64,000 nt of DNA, from contig CAZBAS010000002.1 of the NCBI GenBank assembly GCA_964490395.1, positions 18,566 through 82,565 of the forward strand, given 5' to 3'. A model generated the notes under the pieces. The model had not been told where the DNA came from. It made no database searches and saw nothing but the letters and a program-made list of their open reading frames with translations. The DNA is from an uncultured Candidatus Saccharibacteria bacterium (GTDB taxonomy: Bacteria; Patescibacteriota; Doudnabacteria; UBA920). The position numbers were made by a program, and so were the translations under genes. This document shows positions 28,471-38,271 of this stretch, piece after piece; positions within the stretch are counted from its first letter, which is position 1, and each line of letters starts with the position of its first letter.

Positions 28471-30693
28471 CTACTGGGCTTGCATCACTGTTCCAAAAAA
28501 CCTATCTCTATCTATGTCTAACTCTTTAGTCAGCGAATGACCCGCCGCAGTACTGTCGGTTGCCCAGACAATAGTTCGACCTGGTGCGTCTACTCCATAG
28601 CTGAGCACATACGGGTTTGCTCCTGCTTGCTTTTGTACTGCAAGGCTTACCCGGTCAAGAGCCTCAATGGTAAATGGCAGTTCGTAGACAATTTCTAGTG
28701 TCTGACGCTGACCCCCCTCTAAGTTCACCCAATTACCAAAAAACGTTTTACCGGCTTCTTGCCCCACAAGCATACCACTTGCTACTTCTTTAACTGTGTG
28801 CGATTCCCACTCTGCTACTTTTGGATGCGGCTCTGCAGTAGTCCCATATTTTACATCTAAATCCATGTAAGAGAAACCCTTGCTACTTATGAGCTTGCTG
28901 CCCTCTGGCACGTAAATACGCATGAAGTCTTTATTTTCCAAACCTTTCACGTGTGGCAGGGGGTTACTTCTTACTATGGTCAGAGTGTTCGTGAGCACGC
29001 CAGTACTGGAAACAGCGGTCTTAAGCTGCACGCTTTGGCTCATGGCAAGGTCGGTTTTTGTACCACCCAAATTGGTAGAAACAATGCTTAGGTAGTCGCG
29101 AGCTGTATCCACCAAACGACCATCCCAGGAAAGACTGCGGAGCTTTTCTGCAAGCACGCCGTCACGCGCGTACATTTGTATATCTTTAGAGGCAAAAGAT
29201 TTCTGCAAACTCAGTAACACCGAAGGCATGTCTTCTTTGGGAAAAGACGCGAGCTTATTTAGAAAGATAGGAAAGAACTCCGACAACATTTTTTTGGGTT
29301 TATTCTCTTCCTTGTCGTACTGGAGCGATGTTTCTACTTGGGTTACTTCTATGAAATTATCTGCATCCAGAGGCGTGGTATACCCAGGCACGCTTATAGG
29401 GCCAGTTAACTTGAGCAAGTTTGTTGCGAGTTGCGGAGTAATGGCTACGACCACATCGGGCGTTACATGCGCCTCTTCTTCGTAGAACGTGCTCAAGACT
29501 TCCGCAGACTCAGGAAAAGACGCGAACCAGTTGCTATCACGCATATACCACCGGTTATTTACCGCAAACAGTGGGAGGGGTGGAGTATATTTAGATACAA
29601 GCTGCCCGTCTAAATCGTATATGCTACTAATAGTTTGCTTTACTATGGTGCCGTTTTCTACATCAAACGCCCCATAGGTTCCAGGGAACCCACCCGAGGG
29701 CCTAAGCTCATTGCTATTCTGAAGCAGCACCAGAATGTGCTTATGACCGCTCGACAACGCAACTATTACGTCGAGCGCGCTTCCCACCGTTTCTAGTGAG
29801 CCATCGAGGAGCAACAACTCAGTACGAGCTTGCTCAAATTTTTGCCTCGCCCCTTCGGGCACGTGTGCGCTATTTACTTTGCTGCTGCTCGTTGCTGCTT
29901 CGTGAATAGCTTGGCGAACTGCGGCGAACTCCGCCTGCACGCCTACAATGCTTTCACCCCCATTGTCTGCATGAAAACCAGTGGCGTCCATGTGCAGCGC
30001 CTTAAGCGCTGCAAATAATTTTGTTAAGTGTACTGCCGCTTCGCTTCCCGCGCTACCCGCACGCAATAAATTTTGCGCGTCTTTCCCCGCAGGAAGCACG
30101 CTTGCGGTTGCCTGTATAAGCACATTCGTATCCCCTACTAGCTTTTGGCTGTCTTGAAACGAACGAAGTGCAAGCTCGAATTTACTTTGCGCTTCTTCCA
30201 AATTTTCGCTCGCCAGTTTATCTTTCCCTTGCTCAAGCTTACTCACTGCATTGGTTGCTTGCCCTAGCACCCGGCCTTTTATGTGAAGGCCTTCAGCAAG
30301 CAAGGTACCCACGGAGACAAGCGCGAAGCACGACACCGATACTGCAAAAAAGAGCGCCAGGCCATAGGCAAATTGTGCCTGCCCTGCCCGTGCGCGCATG
30401 CGCGGAATATGTCCAAATGTTTGCGCAATGTCACGCAAAAATAAATGCCACACATATACCAAAGCGCGGGCAATTGTTTTTGGGGGCCAAAGCACAGCAA
30501 GTCCTGCTGCGTGGCACACGGTACTCACGAGCCACACAAGCCCGCCGCCAATGCTCAGCAATGCAAGGCCAATAGCATACGGCAACCAGAGCACTGCATG
30601 CACCATACGCACAAAAAAACTGCGCTGCTGTTTAGGAGCAGTACTTTGCAGCCGTATCTGAATTTCTCTATTTTTTTTGGCTAAAAGATGCAT
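28471..30693 (-). CDS. DUF4012 domain-containing membrane-anchored protein.
   Basis: N-terminal TM segments followed by a large extracytoplasmic domain containing the DUF4012 signature ...NSNELRPSGGFPGTYG... Confidence 0.65.
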   Translation of the reverse strand: MHLLAKKNREIQIRLQSTAPKQQRSFFVRMVHAVLWLPYAIGLALLSIGGGLVWLVSTVCHAAGLAVLWPPKTIARALVYVWHLFLRDIAQTFGHIPRMRARAGQAQFAYGLALFFAVSVSCFALVSVGTLLAEGLHIKGRVLGQATNAVSKLEQGKDKLASENLEEAQSKFELALRSFQDSQKLVGDTNVLIQATASVLPAGKDAQNLLRAGSAGSEAAVHLTKLFAALKALHMDATGFHADNGGESIVGVQAEFAAVRQAIHEAATSSSKVNSAHVPEGARQKFEQARTELLLLDGSLETVGSALDVIVALSSGHKHILVLLQNSNELRPSGGFPGTYGAFDVENGTIVKQTISSIYDLDGQLVSKYTPPLPLFAVNNRWYMRDSNWFASFPESAEVLSTFYEEEAHVTPDVVVAITPQLATNLLKLTGPISVPGYTTPLDADNFIEVTQVETSLQYDKEENKPKKMLSEFFPIFLNKLASFPKEDMPSVLLSLQKSFASKDIQMYARDGVLAEKLRSLSWDGRLVDTARDYLSIVSTNLGGTKTDLAMSQSVQLKTAVSSTGVLTNTLTIVRSNPLPHVKGLENKDFMRIYVPEGSKLISSKGFSYMDLDVKYGTTAEPHPKVAEWESHTVKEVASGMLVGQEAGKTFFGNWVNLEGGQRQTLEIVYELPFTIEALDRVSLAVQKQAGANPYVLSYGVDAPGRTIVWATDSTAAGHSLTKELDIDRDRFFGTVMQAQ

Positions 30694-30884
30694 GGAAAAT
30701 GCACTGCGCTATTTATAATCACACCTAAACCTAGAGTGCATGTAATTACTAAAATTATACCACGCTTTCCTGCTTCAACTGCTATGTATTTCACCACATA
30801 TTGAGAAAAAACCAGCATGCCCTATTCCCAATTATCAAAATCCGCCAGAAGCTCCCACAAGCCCTGGCGGATTGTTTTTATTTT

Positions 30885-31035
30885 CTGTCATTCCCGTGCA
30901 GACTCGCCTCGCTGGAGCTATGGCGAAGCGGGCGGGAATCCAGTCGGCCTACCAGCCGACACGAGGATATGTAGAAATCAATCAATGCTCGCTTATGGAT
31001 GGGCTGGATTCCCGCATGCGCAAGAATAACAAACG
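30885..31035. repeat. GC-rich palindromic repeat element, copy 2 (homolog of 3222..3333, opposite orientation, with a 31-nt loop insertion).
   Basis: CTGTCATTCCCGTGCA[...]GCGGGAATCCAG, GTCGGCCTACCAGCCGAC, ...GGATTCCCGCATGCGCAAGAATAACA. It aligns arm by arm with the reverse complement of copy 1 and lies between the DUF4012 start and the ftsW stop. Confidence 0.6.
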
Positions 31036-31040
31036 CGATA

Positions 31041-32174
31041 TTACCCTTTCACCTGCTTGCTTACATTCAGAAGTATGCCAACTGCAGTAAGGTTTACTAT
31101 GAGCGCGCTACTGCCATAGCTAAAGAATGGGAGGGGTATACCAGTTAGTGGCAAGAGGCCAATGGTAGCACCTATGTTTATAATCACCTGCAGCGTAATC
31201 ATGGCAGTGAGGCCTGCGGCAAGGAGCCGACCAAACAAGTCAGGCGCATTGGCTGCCACTTGAAAACCACGAATAAAGAAAAAAGTGAATACTGCGAATA
31301 TACCCAGCACGCGAACAAGTCCAAGCTCTTCCGCCACTACCGCAAACACCGAGTCACCCAATACTTCGGGAAGATAGTTGTGTTTTTGTCTTGACTGGCC
31401 ATAGCCAAGGCCCCAGACACCACCAGAACCAACAGCCATAAGCGCTTGGCTTATTTGATACCCCGCACCCTTTGGGTCTAGCTCAGGGTTTAAAAAAGTA
31501 AACAAGCGAGCAGCGCGGTATGGCTCAAGTTTAATAAGCAACAACAGCAAACCTGCCCCAGCCACTATAAGACCAACAATCCATCTCCACGGCACCCCAG
31601 CAGCTATTATCATTACGAGCGCTGTACCCAAAAGAGCAATCATAGTACCAAAGTCTGGTTGCCATAAAATGAGTAACGCAAATAAACCTATAATCGCAAG
31701 CATTGGAAATACCCCGGACATAAAGTCATGCAAATGCTCCTTCCGACTTGCAGCCCAGGCAGCGCAGTAGACAATAATGGCTAGCTTGGCAAGTTCAGCA
31801 GGCTGAAAAAACAAAGGACCCACATGAATCCACCTGCTTGCCCCGCCAGCAGAAAAACCAATGCCTGGGAGTTTCACCATAACCAGCAGTATGAGTGACC
31901 CGCCAATAATATACGGCACTAACTTTTGCCACCAGTGATAGTCAATCTTGTAACAAATGTATAGAGAAAGGAGGCCAAGACCTGCACCTTGCAATACTTG
32001 GCTACGTAAAAAATGAGTAGTATTGCCAAACCGTTCCAGGGATTCAACCGTAGAAACTGAGTACAGCATTATAAGCCCAATAACCAAAAGCAGACCCGCC
32101 GAAGCTGCGAGCCATACATCTGCACTCCCGCCCTTTTTTACTATTCGTTTTTGTTTATTATATTCGTGAACCAT
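31041..32174 (-). CDS. ftsW: SEDS-family peptidoglycan glycosyltransferase FtsW.
   Basis: 10-TM SEDS pattern and conserved motifs; located directly downstream of murD, as in dcw clusters. Confidence 0.8.
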   Translation of the reverse strand: MVHEYNKQKRIVKKGGSADVWLAASAGLLLVIGLIMLYSVSTVESLERFGNTTHFLRSQVLQGAGLGLLSLYICYKIDYHWWQKLVPYIIGGSLILLVMVKLPGIGFSAGGASRWIHVGPLFFQPAELAKLAIIVYCAAWAASRKEHLHDFMSGVFPMLAIIGLFALLILWQPDFGTMIALLGTALVMIIAAGVPWRWIVGLIVAGAGLLLLLIKLEPYRAARLFTFLNPELDPKGAGYQISQALMAVGSGGVWGLGYGQSRQKHNYLPEVLGDSVFAVVAEELGLVRVLGIFAVFTFFFIRGFQVAANAPDLFGRLLAAGLTAMITLQVIINIGATIGLLPLTGIPLPFFSYGSSALIVNLTAVGILLNVSKQVKG

Positions 32175-32176
32175 GG

Positions 32177-33589
32177 TTATACGTATTTTTTAGCAGCATC
32201 CCTAAACAACTCCCCTCGTTCTTTGTAGTTTTTAAACATACCAAACGAAGCACAAGCAGGACTCAAGAGCACTACATCGCCGGGCTGTGCCAGCTCGTGA
32301 ACTTGGGCAAATATTTCTACCATATTTGTAGCACCTCGTTTTAATGCGCCACCATAGCCAGCCGTCTCAAGTGCGCGAGCAATGCGCTGAGCGGTAACAC
32401 CAATGAGTATTACCCCTCGCACGTGCCCACCAGATGCAATGCGCTCTGCAAGGGCAGTGAAATCTGAGTTCTTTTCAGACCCGCCCAAAATTAGAACGGT
32501 AGGAGCACTAAACGATTCCAGCGCAGCTATGGCACTCTCTGGCACAGTGGATATAGAGTCATTGTAAAATTGCACTTTGCCATACTCTCCTACATACTCA
32601 AGCCTATGCTCGAGCCCAGTAAATGCCACTACCGTCTTTTCAATAATTGACAAAGGCGCGCCGGCAATCTCTGCCGCAAGGCTAGCTGCGCATATGTTCT
32701 CTAAATTATGTGCGCCAGGAAGCAACCTTTCTCTTACACTAAATACACCATTCTCTGGTAGTCCCAGTATGTGCACCGATTCATCCTCAGCATACGCTCC
32801 ACGCTCCACTGTATGATATCTGCTAAATGAAAATTTTAGACCTTTACCCTGCGCCCCTATAGCCTGACTTGCCGGGTAATCATCTGAATAAATAGCGAAA
32901 TCACTTGTTCCCTGATACGCAACAATAGCGCTCTTCGCCCTATGATACTCGGCCAAGTCTGCATGGTGATCTAAGTGCTCCTGCGTGACCATGAGGCACA
33001 CACCTATATGTGGACTACGAGTAAGGTCTTGCAATTGAAAACTAGAAAGTTCAAAAACAACGATATCTACAGCAGTGAGCAGCGGTAATATATCCAAAGG
33101 ATCTTGCTTGCCAATGTTGCCAGTAACGAATATGCGAGTGCTTGTTTGTATAAGATTATTTTCGGCACGGGCGGAGCACGCAGCTTCTAAAATGCCCGCA
33201 ATAAGCGTGGCAGTTGTACCCTTCCCTTTAGTTCCGGTAATACCGATAATGGGCGCGGGGCAATGGTCGAAAAAGAATTTTGTTTGACTAGTTATAACAA
33301 TACCGTGCATCTCTGCTGCAACTAACGCAGGGTGCAACCTCCGCACGCCTGGACTTCGAAATAGCACCGTGCAGTCATCAAAGGACGATAAAACCTCACC
33401 AAAGCTGAATACAAAGCCATCCGCCTCAAGCGAAACCAACTCTGCTTCTGTGAATGCACTGCGGGCTTGCTCATCGTATACTCGCGCAGCAAGCCCATGC
33501 TGCTTTAAAAATCGAGCAACAGCCTGGCCCTCTTTACCAAATCCTACAATACCCACCCGGGCCTTTTTTAAATCTTCAACAGTAAGCAT
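32177..33589 (-). CDS. murD: UDP-N-acetylmuramoyl-L-alanine--D-glutamate ligase.
   Basis: Mur ligase motifs GITGTKGKGTT and DSISTVPESA...; 470 aa; context between mraY/aminoacylase and ftsW. Confidence 0.9.
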   Translation of the reverse strand: MLTVEDLKKARVGIVGFGKEGQAVARFLKQHGLAARVYDEQARSAFTEAELVSLEADGFVFSFGEVLSSFDDCTVLFRSPGVRRLHPALVAAEMHGIVITSQTKFFFDHCPAPIIGITGTKGKGTTATLIAGILEAACSARAENNLIQTSTRIFVTGNIGKQDPLDILPLLTAVDIVVFELSSFQLQDLTRSPHIGVCLMVTQEHLDHHADLAEYHRAKSAIVAYQGTSDFAIYSDDYPASQAIGAQGKGLKFSFSRYHTVERGAYAEDESVHILGLPENGVFSVRERLLPGAHNLENICAASLAAEIAGAPLSIIEKTVVAFTGLEHRLEYVGEYGKVQFYNDSISTVPESAIAALESFSAPTVLILGGSEKNSDFTALAERIASGGHVRGVILIGVTAQRIARALETAGYGGALKRGATNMVEIFAQVHELAQPGDVVLLSPACASFGMFKNYKERGELFRDAAKKYV

Positions 33590-33628
33590 AGTTGTCCTAT
33601 AACTAATTCAGAAAAACCGAAAGCAATA

Positions 33629-35206
33629 TTACACCTTCCTCAAAAATGTGCCGCTGCGGATGCCGGTGAGCTGACCTTCGGAGGCTGCGAGTGCACCATT
33701 TACCCAGACTTTGTGAATACCTTGCGGCGAACGGTATGGGTTTTGGATGGTTGCGCGGTCATGGGTATGGAGCGGGTCGAACAAGACTAAATCTGCAACC
33801 GAGCCCACACTCACCTGCCCGCGATCTGGCAAACCCCAAATACGCGCCGGCAAGCTAGTAAGCTTAGCGATTGCGGTTTCTAATGAAATTCGCTTGGAAC
33901 GTTTCATAAGCGAAATAAAGTTACTGGTAGTGCCAAAGCAGCGAGGATGTACTAGCTTGCTTACGTGTTGGCCCTGGTGGAGTAGCGGGAAGCCGCCACC
34001 ATCCGTAGCGACCACAGACAGCGGATGTGCGAGTAGCTCCTCTACCTGGTCTGCATGCAGGCAGTGGTCAAACACAAGCACTTCTGTGCCACCGTTTTTT
34101 AGCACCTCGAGCAGCGCTTCTTCACTAGACACGCCAAGGTTTTGGGCAATTTGTCCCATGGTTTTACTGACTACGCGCATATTGAAGCTCGTAGACGCCA
34201 CAATTAAGTCAGCAACAGGGTTTTGGCTTGCGTGTAAATGCGCTAAAACTTTTTTATACTGCGCAGGGTCGTTCAATATTGTAAGCATGGCGCTGCGTCC
34301 GCCACCTGTGGCCCATTTTGGTAAATAGGTGTAGAGTGGCTGCCACGTAGATGTATAGGGGTAGACATCAAAACTTACGTCCGCGCCCATATGTACTACA
34401 TTTTCTATGCGCGCTAGCACTTCGGAAAGCTGGCTCCAGTTTGTTTTGCCCCGAACTTTGAAGTGTGAAAGTTTAAGCCGAGAGCCAGACTTTTGCGCCA
34501 CCTCTAGCGCCTCTTCTACGCTTTCGGGCAAGCCTTCTGCTTCATTACGCAAATGCACCGAAAGCAGAGCATTGTACGCAGTAACAACTTTTGCAAGTTC
34601 GTACAGTTCAAGTTCACTTACTGCAAATTCATGCGCGTACGACAGCCCAGTAGAAAGCCCAAACGCCCCCGCCTGTAAACTTTCCTCCAATGCGCGGCCA
34701 AGTATTTCTACTTCCTCAGAACTTAAACTCCGTTGCTGGTCCCCTACCAGCCCGCGACGAAGCGTGCTTAATCCAACCAAGCTTCCCACATTGGTACCAA
34801 AATTCTGGCTACTGAGTGTATCTGCAAACTCTGCAAAACTAGACCAGTTAAAATTGCTACTGGTAAGGTCGTGCCATTTTTGTGAGGACTTAAGCGCGTT
34901 GCGAGACAGCAGTGGCGCAAGGCTGGTACCGCAATTACCTACCAAAACAGAAGTTATACCCTGAAGGACAAGGCTGTCGAGATTGGGAGAATCAAATAAA
35001 GACCAGTAGCTATCGCTATGGTTTTGTACATCTATAAACCCAGGAGCGAGCACTAACCCTTCTGCTTCTATTACCTCTTTTGCTTTAACCGGTATGTCTA
35101 GGGCTATGTCTATAATAATGCCATCGGTAATGCCAATATCGGCCACAAAGCTTTCCTGCCCTGTGCCATCTATTACTGTTGCTCGTTTTATTAAAAGATC
35201 GTACAT
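33629..35206 (-). CDS. Amidohydrolase-family N-acyl-D-amino-acid deacylase (D-aminoacylase)-like.
   Basis: Metal-dependent amidohydrolase motifs (GFIDVQNHSD..., ...HCLHAD...) and a length of 525 aa, consistent with the D-aminoacylase subfamily. Confidence 0.65.
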   Translation of the reverse strand: MYDLLIKRATVIDGTGQESFVADIGITDGIIIDIALDIPVKAKEVIEAEGLVLAPGFIDVQNHSDSYWSLFDSPNLDSLVLQGITSVLVGNCGTSLAPLLSRNALKSSQKWHDLTSSNFNWSSFAEFADTLSSQNFGTNVGSLVGLSTLRRGLVGDQQRSLSSEEVEILGRALEESLQAGAFGLSTGLSYAHEFAVSELELYELAKVVTAYNALLSVHLRNEAEGLPESVEEALEVAQKSGSRLKLSHFKVRGKTNWSQLSEVLARIENVVHMGADVSFDVYPYTSTWQPLYTYLPKWATGGGRSAMLTILNDPAQYKKVLAHLHASQNPVADLIVASTSFNMRVVSKTMGQIAQNLGVSSEEALLEVLKNGGTEVLVFDHCLHADQVEELLAHPLSVVATDGGGFPLLHQGQHVSKLVHPRCFGTTSNFISLMKRSKRISLETAIAKLTSLPARIWGLPDRGQVSVGSVADLVLFDPLHTHDRATIQNPYRSPQGIHKVWVNGALAASEGQLTGIRSGTFLRKV

Positions 35207-35338
35207 ATATATTTTTTGACGAATCTACGAATGAACAAATATTGCAAATGGCTACGAATCTGGGACCTAGATAACGTCGCGCATTCGTAGCAATTCGTTA
35301 TCATTCGTTCATCCGCAGATTCGTCAACATTCTCTTTA
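35207..35338. repeat. Nested AT-rich inverted repeat built from ACGAAT/ATTCGT units (GACGAATCTACGAATGAACAAAT ... ATTCGTTCATCCGCAGATTCGTC; inner GCTACGAAT/ATTCGTAGC).
   Basis: Direct read of the sequence; the same unit type occurs at 26592..26715 and 13907..14004. Confidence 0.6.
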
Positions 35339-36376
35339 TTACCCTAAGAAATATACAATTATACCAATTATGGCCAACACGGAGGCAAATATCCAAGCGC
35401 GCATAGTCACTTTTGTTTCAGGCCAGCCCAGCGCTTCAAAGTGATGGTGAATGGGAGCAGAGAGAAATATTTTTTTCTTAAATACTTTTTTGGAAAATAT
35501 TTGGAGCACGGTTGTAACTGCTTCCAAGACAAAGACAAAACCAATTATAGGAAGCAGTGCTATGGAGTTAGTAAGGAATGCGACTATGGCAAGGAGTACC
35601 CCCAGCCCCATGGACCCTGTATCCCCCATAAAAAACCGCGCCGGGTATACATTGAACCACAAAAATGCAAGCAAACTTCCTGCCACCACGCCAATGAGTG
35701 CAGCTAAATTCTCTTGCCCGCGCACATACGCTATAAGCCCAAAGGCAAAAAACGCTATAAGTAGCGTACCACCGGCAAGCCCGTCCAGTCCGTCTGTTTG
35801 GTTTACGGCAAAGCTTGTGGCTATAACAACCAGTATGAAAAATGGGATAAACACCCAGCCAAGGTGTAGCGAACCTGCAAATGGTATGTGTACTGCCTCG
35901 AAACCCAGTTTAAAATAAAACCACCATGCACCTATAGCAGCAACAATGGCGTACAAAATAACTTTGAAGCGAAACGGAAACCCGCGCCCCTGGTGACCCA
36001 TGCGGTTTATATCAAGGAGGTCATCGGCAAGGCCTACCACTGCAGCACCCACAAAGGCGCCCAAAGGGAGCAAAGTTTCGCGACGGGTAAGAATGTTGAG
36101 GTTATGAAAAACATCAAGCCCGACTACTCTATCTAAAAACCAAAACGCAGAAATAATAACGCAGGTAATACCCCACACGAGGAGGCCGCCCATGGTCGGA
36201 GTCCCCTTTTTTGCAGCATGCATTTTGGTAAAGAGCGGAGTTTCTTTGGAATCGCGAATGTTTTTACCCAGCTTATATTTATAGAGGAAATACGTTAGCA
36301 GCGGCGTTGTGCCAAGCGCTAAGATGAACGAAATAGAAGTAAGTGAAAATATCTTTGTCAGTACCAAATCTGTCAT
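35339..36376 (-). CDS. mraY: Phospho-N-acetylmuramoyl-pentapeptide transferase.
   Basis: MraY signature motifs (DDLLDIN..., ...VNQTDGLDGLAGG..., FMGDTGS) and 10 TM helices. Confidence 0.9.
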   Translation of the reverse strand: MTDLVLTKIFSLTSISFILALGTTPLLTYFLYKYKLGKNIRDSKETPLFTKMHAAKKGTPTMGGLLVWGITCVIISAFWFLDRVVGLDVFHNLNILTRRETLLPLGAFVGAAVVGLADDLLDINRMGHQGRGFPFRFKVILYAIVAAIGAWWFYFKLGFEAVHIPFAGSLHLGWVFIPFFILVVIATSFAVNQTDGLDGLAGGTLLIAFFAFGLIAYVRGQENLAALIGVVAGSLLAFLWFNVYPARFFMGDTGSMGLGVLLAIVAFLTNSIALLPIIGFVFVLEAVTTVLQIFSKKVFKKKIFLSAPIHHHFEALGWPETKVTMRAWIFASVLAIIGIIVYFLG

Positions 36377-36387
36377 ATATTCTCTTT

Positions 36388-36425
36388 TTCTCCCCCTCCT
36401 TTCTAGGGAGGGGTTAGGGGAGGTG
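36388..36425. repeat. Half copy of the RPE-like hairpin element in the mraY 5' leader.
   Basis: CCCCTCC-TTTCTAG-GGAGGGG-TTAGGGGAGG matches copy B's CCCCTCCTAGAATAGGAGGGGTTAAGGGCGG. In the mraY orientation it supplies a GGAGGGGG SD-like sequence about 18 nt upstream of the ATG. Confidence 0.55.
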
Positions 36426-36634
36426 AAATGTAGAATTTATAATAAATACGGACCTTCGCAACTGCAATTGAGGAATACCTAAATCAATCTTCTCAGAAAT
36501 AACTGTATTAATTATACCACAAACCTTGAAATTCCCCGCTAAACCTGCTAAAGTAACCAGTCGCAAACAAAACCACCCCCATAAAAACCAACCGCGGCCC
36601 CGCCGCACATCCGCTCCCTAAAAAGGAGCAGCCA

Positions 36635-37321
36635 ATGGAGGCAACACCGATGAAACGACTTTCTACACTAGTAATGCTCGCGCTCGGCTTTTGCTACTTT
36701 TTAATTTGTGGCCAATCCGTCCTGGCGCAGGATGGGATCACCGCAAAATTCGAAACCACGAACGGTAAAGAGCACGCCACATATGCAATTGGAAGTTGTA
36801 TTGTGAGCGCTAGCGGCAACCCGCCAGTATGGTCAATTCAGAACAAACAATCCAGCTCAGTCCAGAAGGACTGCGATGCGTTGTTCGAAAACTTACCCGA
36901 CCATGTCAGCGAACAACTGCGCAACCGTATCCCAAAACAGGTCCCCTTGCCTATTACAGGTGTGCTTGCAGCCGTGTTCCAATACGATGAGTTATCGTTT
37001 CGTTGGCTGCACAACACAGCCGACAAACATCTGCTGGACGCTTTTCTACTAACCTCCACAGACGGACAGGCAAGAAAATCCACCCTGGGCATGGAGCAGC
37101 GGTACAATACCGCCGAAACAGCCCTGAATGCAAACTCGTGGCACCAAGTAAAGATTCTCAAAGTAGAGATCGAGGGTGCGACTGCCACGGTAACAACGAG
37201 CGAAACATTTTATTGGGAATCGAACATACGGGTTCGAGACCACAAAGAAAACCAGCAACAAGTGTATAAGCTGGTTTTCAAGAACGGATTCTGGCTCGTT
37301 GATTACAACGCGCCAGTCTAA
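36635..37321 (+). CDS. Secreted hypothetical protein.
   Basis: AAGGAG SD 7 nt upstream of the ATG; signal peptide (MKRLSTLVMLALGFCYFLICGQSVLAQ); no family recognised. Hairpin plus T-run at about 37330-37400. Confidence 0.55.
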   Translation: MEATPMKRLSTLVMLALGFCYFLICGQSVLAQDGITAKFETTNGKEHATYAIGSCIVSASGNPPVWSIQNKQSSSVQKDCDALFENLPDHVSEQLRNRIPKQVPLPITGVLAAVFQYDELSFRWLHNTADKHLLDAFLLTSTDGQARKSTLGMEQRYNTAETALNANSWHQVKILKVEIEGATATVTTSETFYWESNIRVRDHKENQQQVYKLVFKNGFWLVDYNAPV

Positions 37322-37502
37322 AGTCGAAACCGCCCCGCCTCAGATATCACTAGCATACGCTACATATCTGTCCGCGGGGTTTATCTTTTTTATATTGTAT
37401 GATTGACCGCTCCCCTTTTTTAATGCATAATCCTTAGTTGCCACGGCGCAACTCGCAATTATCAAAACGTAATTTAACCATTTCTAAGCCGAAGGAGGGC
37501 CC

Positions 37503-38084
37503 ATGAAATTCTTATTGCTACTTTTTACGCTACCAAACGAAGTACTTGAAGAAACTCTCCGCAAGCTCAACGCGGAGATAGCAGATAACAATCAACTGCT
37601 TTTCCAGGGAGTGTTCGTCATATTCGCGCTCGTCGTTTTTGTATTTACTCAATACATAAAAAATGACGTAGAGAACATCACGAAAGCACAACGGCTTGTC
37701 CATAAGCGTTTACGGGCACTCCTCTTGGCACTTGTACTTTCAGGAGTATGGTTTGTCGCTCGCCAAGAGCTACTCATCCACTCGCCGGGTACCTACGCGC
37801 AGAAGATCGAGGTCGTACTAAACGACATACACATAGAACACGATCCTACCTACGAGCTATCTGGGTGGGAAACTGATAGAAAAAAACAGCGGGTCAGATT
37901 TCCGCTTCTACTGCTATCAAACATTCTGTCTACGAGCGCTATTGCATACGTAGCCTATGGGCTCGTACGCAAACCACGTGAGCGTAGTTACTTGCGAGCA
38001 TGCGTTGGTTGGGTAGCGTATATGTGCCTGCTACTAGCCGGCCTTAGTGCAGTTTTCATTGCCGCCATATATGGCGGACAATAA
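37503..38084 (+). CDS. Hypothetical membrane protein (4 TM).
   Basis: GGAGGG SD; hydrophobic helices; terminator at 38092..38130. Confidence 0.5.
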   Translation: MKFLLLLFTLPNEVLEETLRKLNAEIADNNQLLFQGVFVIFALVVFVFTQYIKNDVENITKAQRLVHKRLRALLLALVLSGVWFVARQELLIHSPGTYAQKIEVVLNDIHIEHDPTYELSGWETDRKKQRVRFPLLLLSNILSTSAIAYVAYGLVRKPRERSYLRACVGWVAYMCLLLAGLSAVFIAAIYGGQ

Positions 38085-38091
38085 GAAAAGC

Positions 38092-38130
38092 AAAGCCCAC
38101 GCAGCATTCTCTGCGTGGGCTTTCTCATTT
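38092..38130 (+). terminator. Rho-independent terminator.
   Basis: AAAGCCCACGCAG-CATTCTC-CTGCGTGGGCTTT followed by a T-rich stretch. Confidence 0.75.
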
Positions 38131-38229
38131 TCAATATATGCTGCTTACTCAGCAACTACAAAAGGCCGAATTTTCTAAACTCTTGCCACTTATGAGATTC
38201 GTCCATTTCTAACCCCTCCACCTCTCTCC

Positions 38230-38271
38230 AAATTACGGTTTCACTCACAAATGTGAGTGAAACCGTAATTT
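38230..38271. promoter_or_regulatory. 42-nt perfect palindrome abutting the stop codon of the PaaX-like gene.
   Basis: AAATTACGGTTTCACTCACA-AA-TGTGAGTGAAACCGTAATTT; paired with the near-identical palindrome at 38966..39001. Confidence 0.7.

Noticed and set aside
36414-36608. 64-aa minus-strand ORF between mraY and the secreted-protein gene.
   Set aside because: It overlaps the RPE-like half element and the promoter/SD of the plus-strand gene 36635..37321; no RBS; likely spurious.
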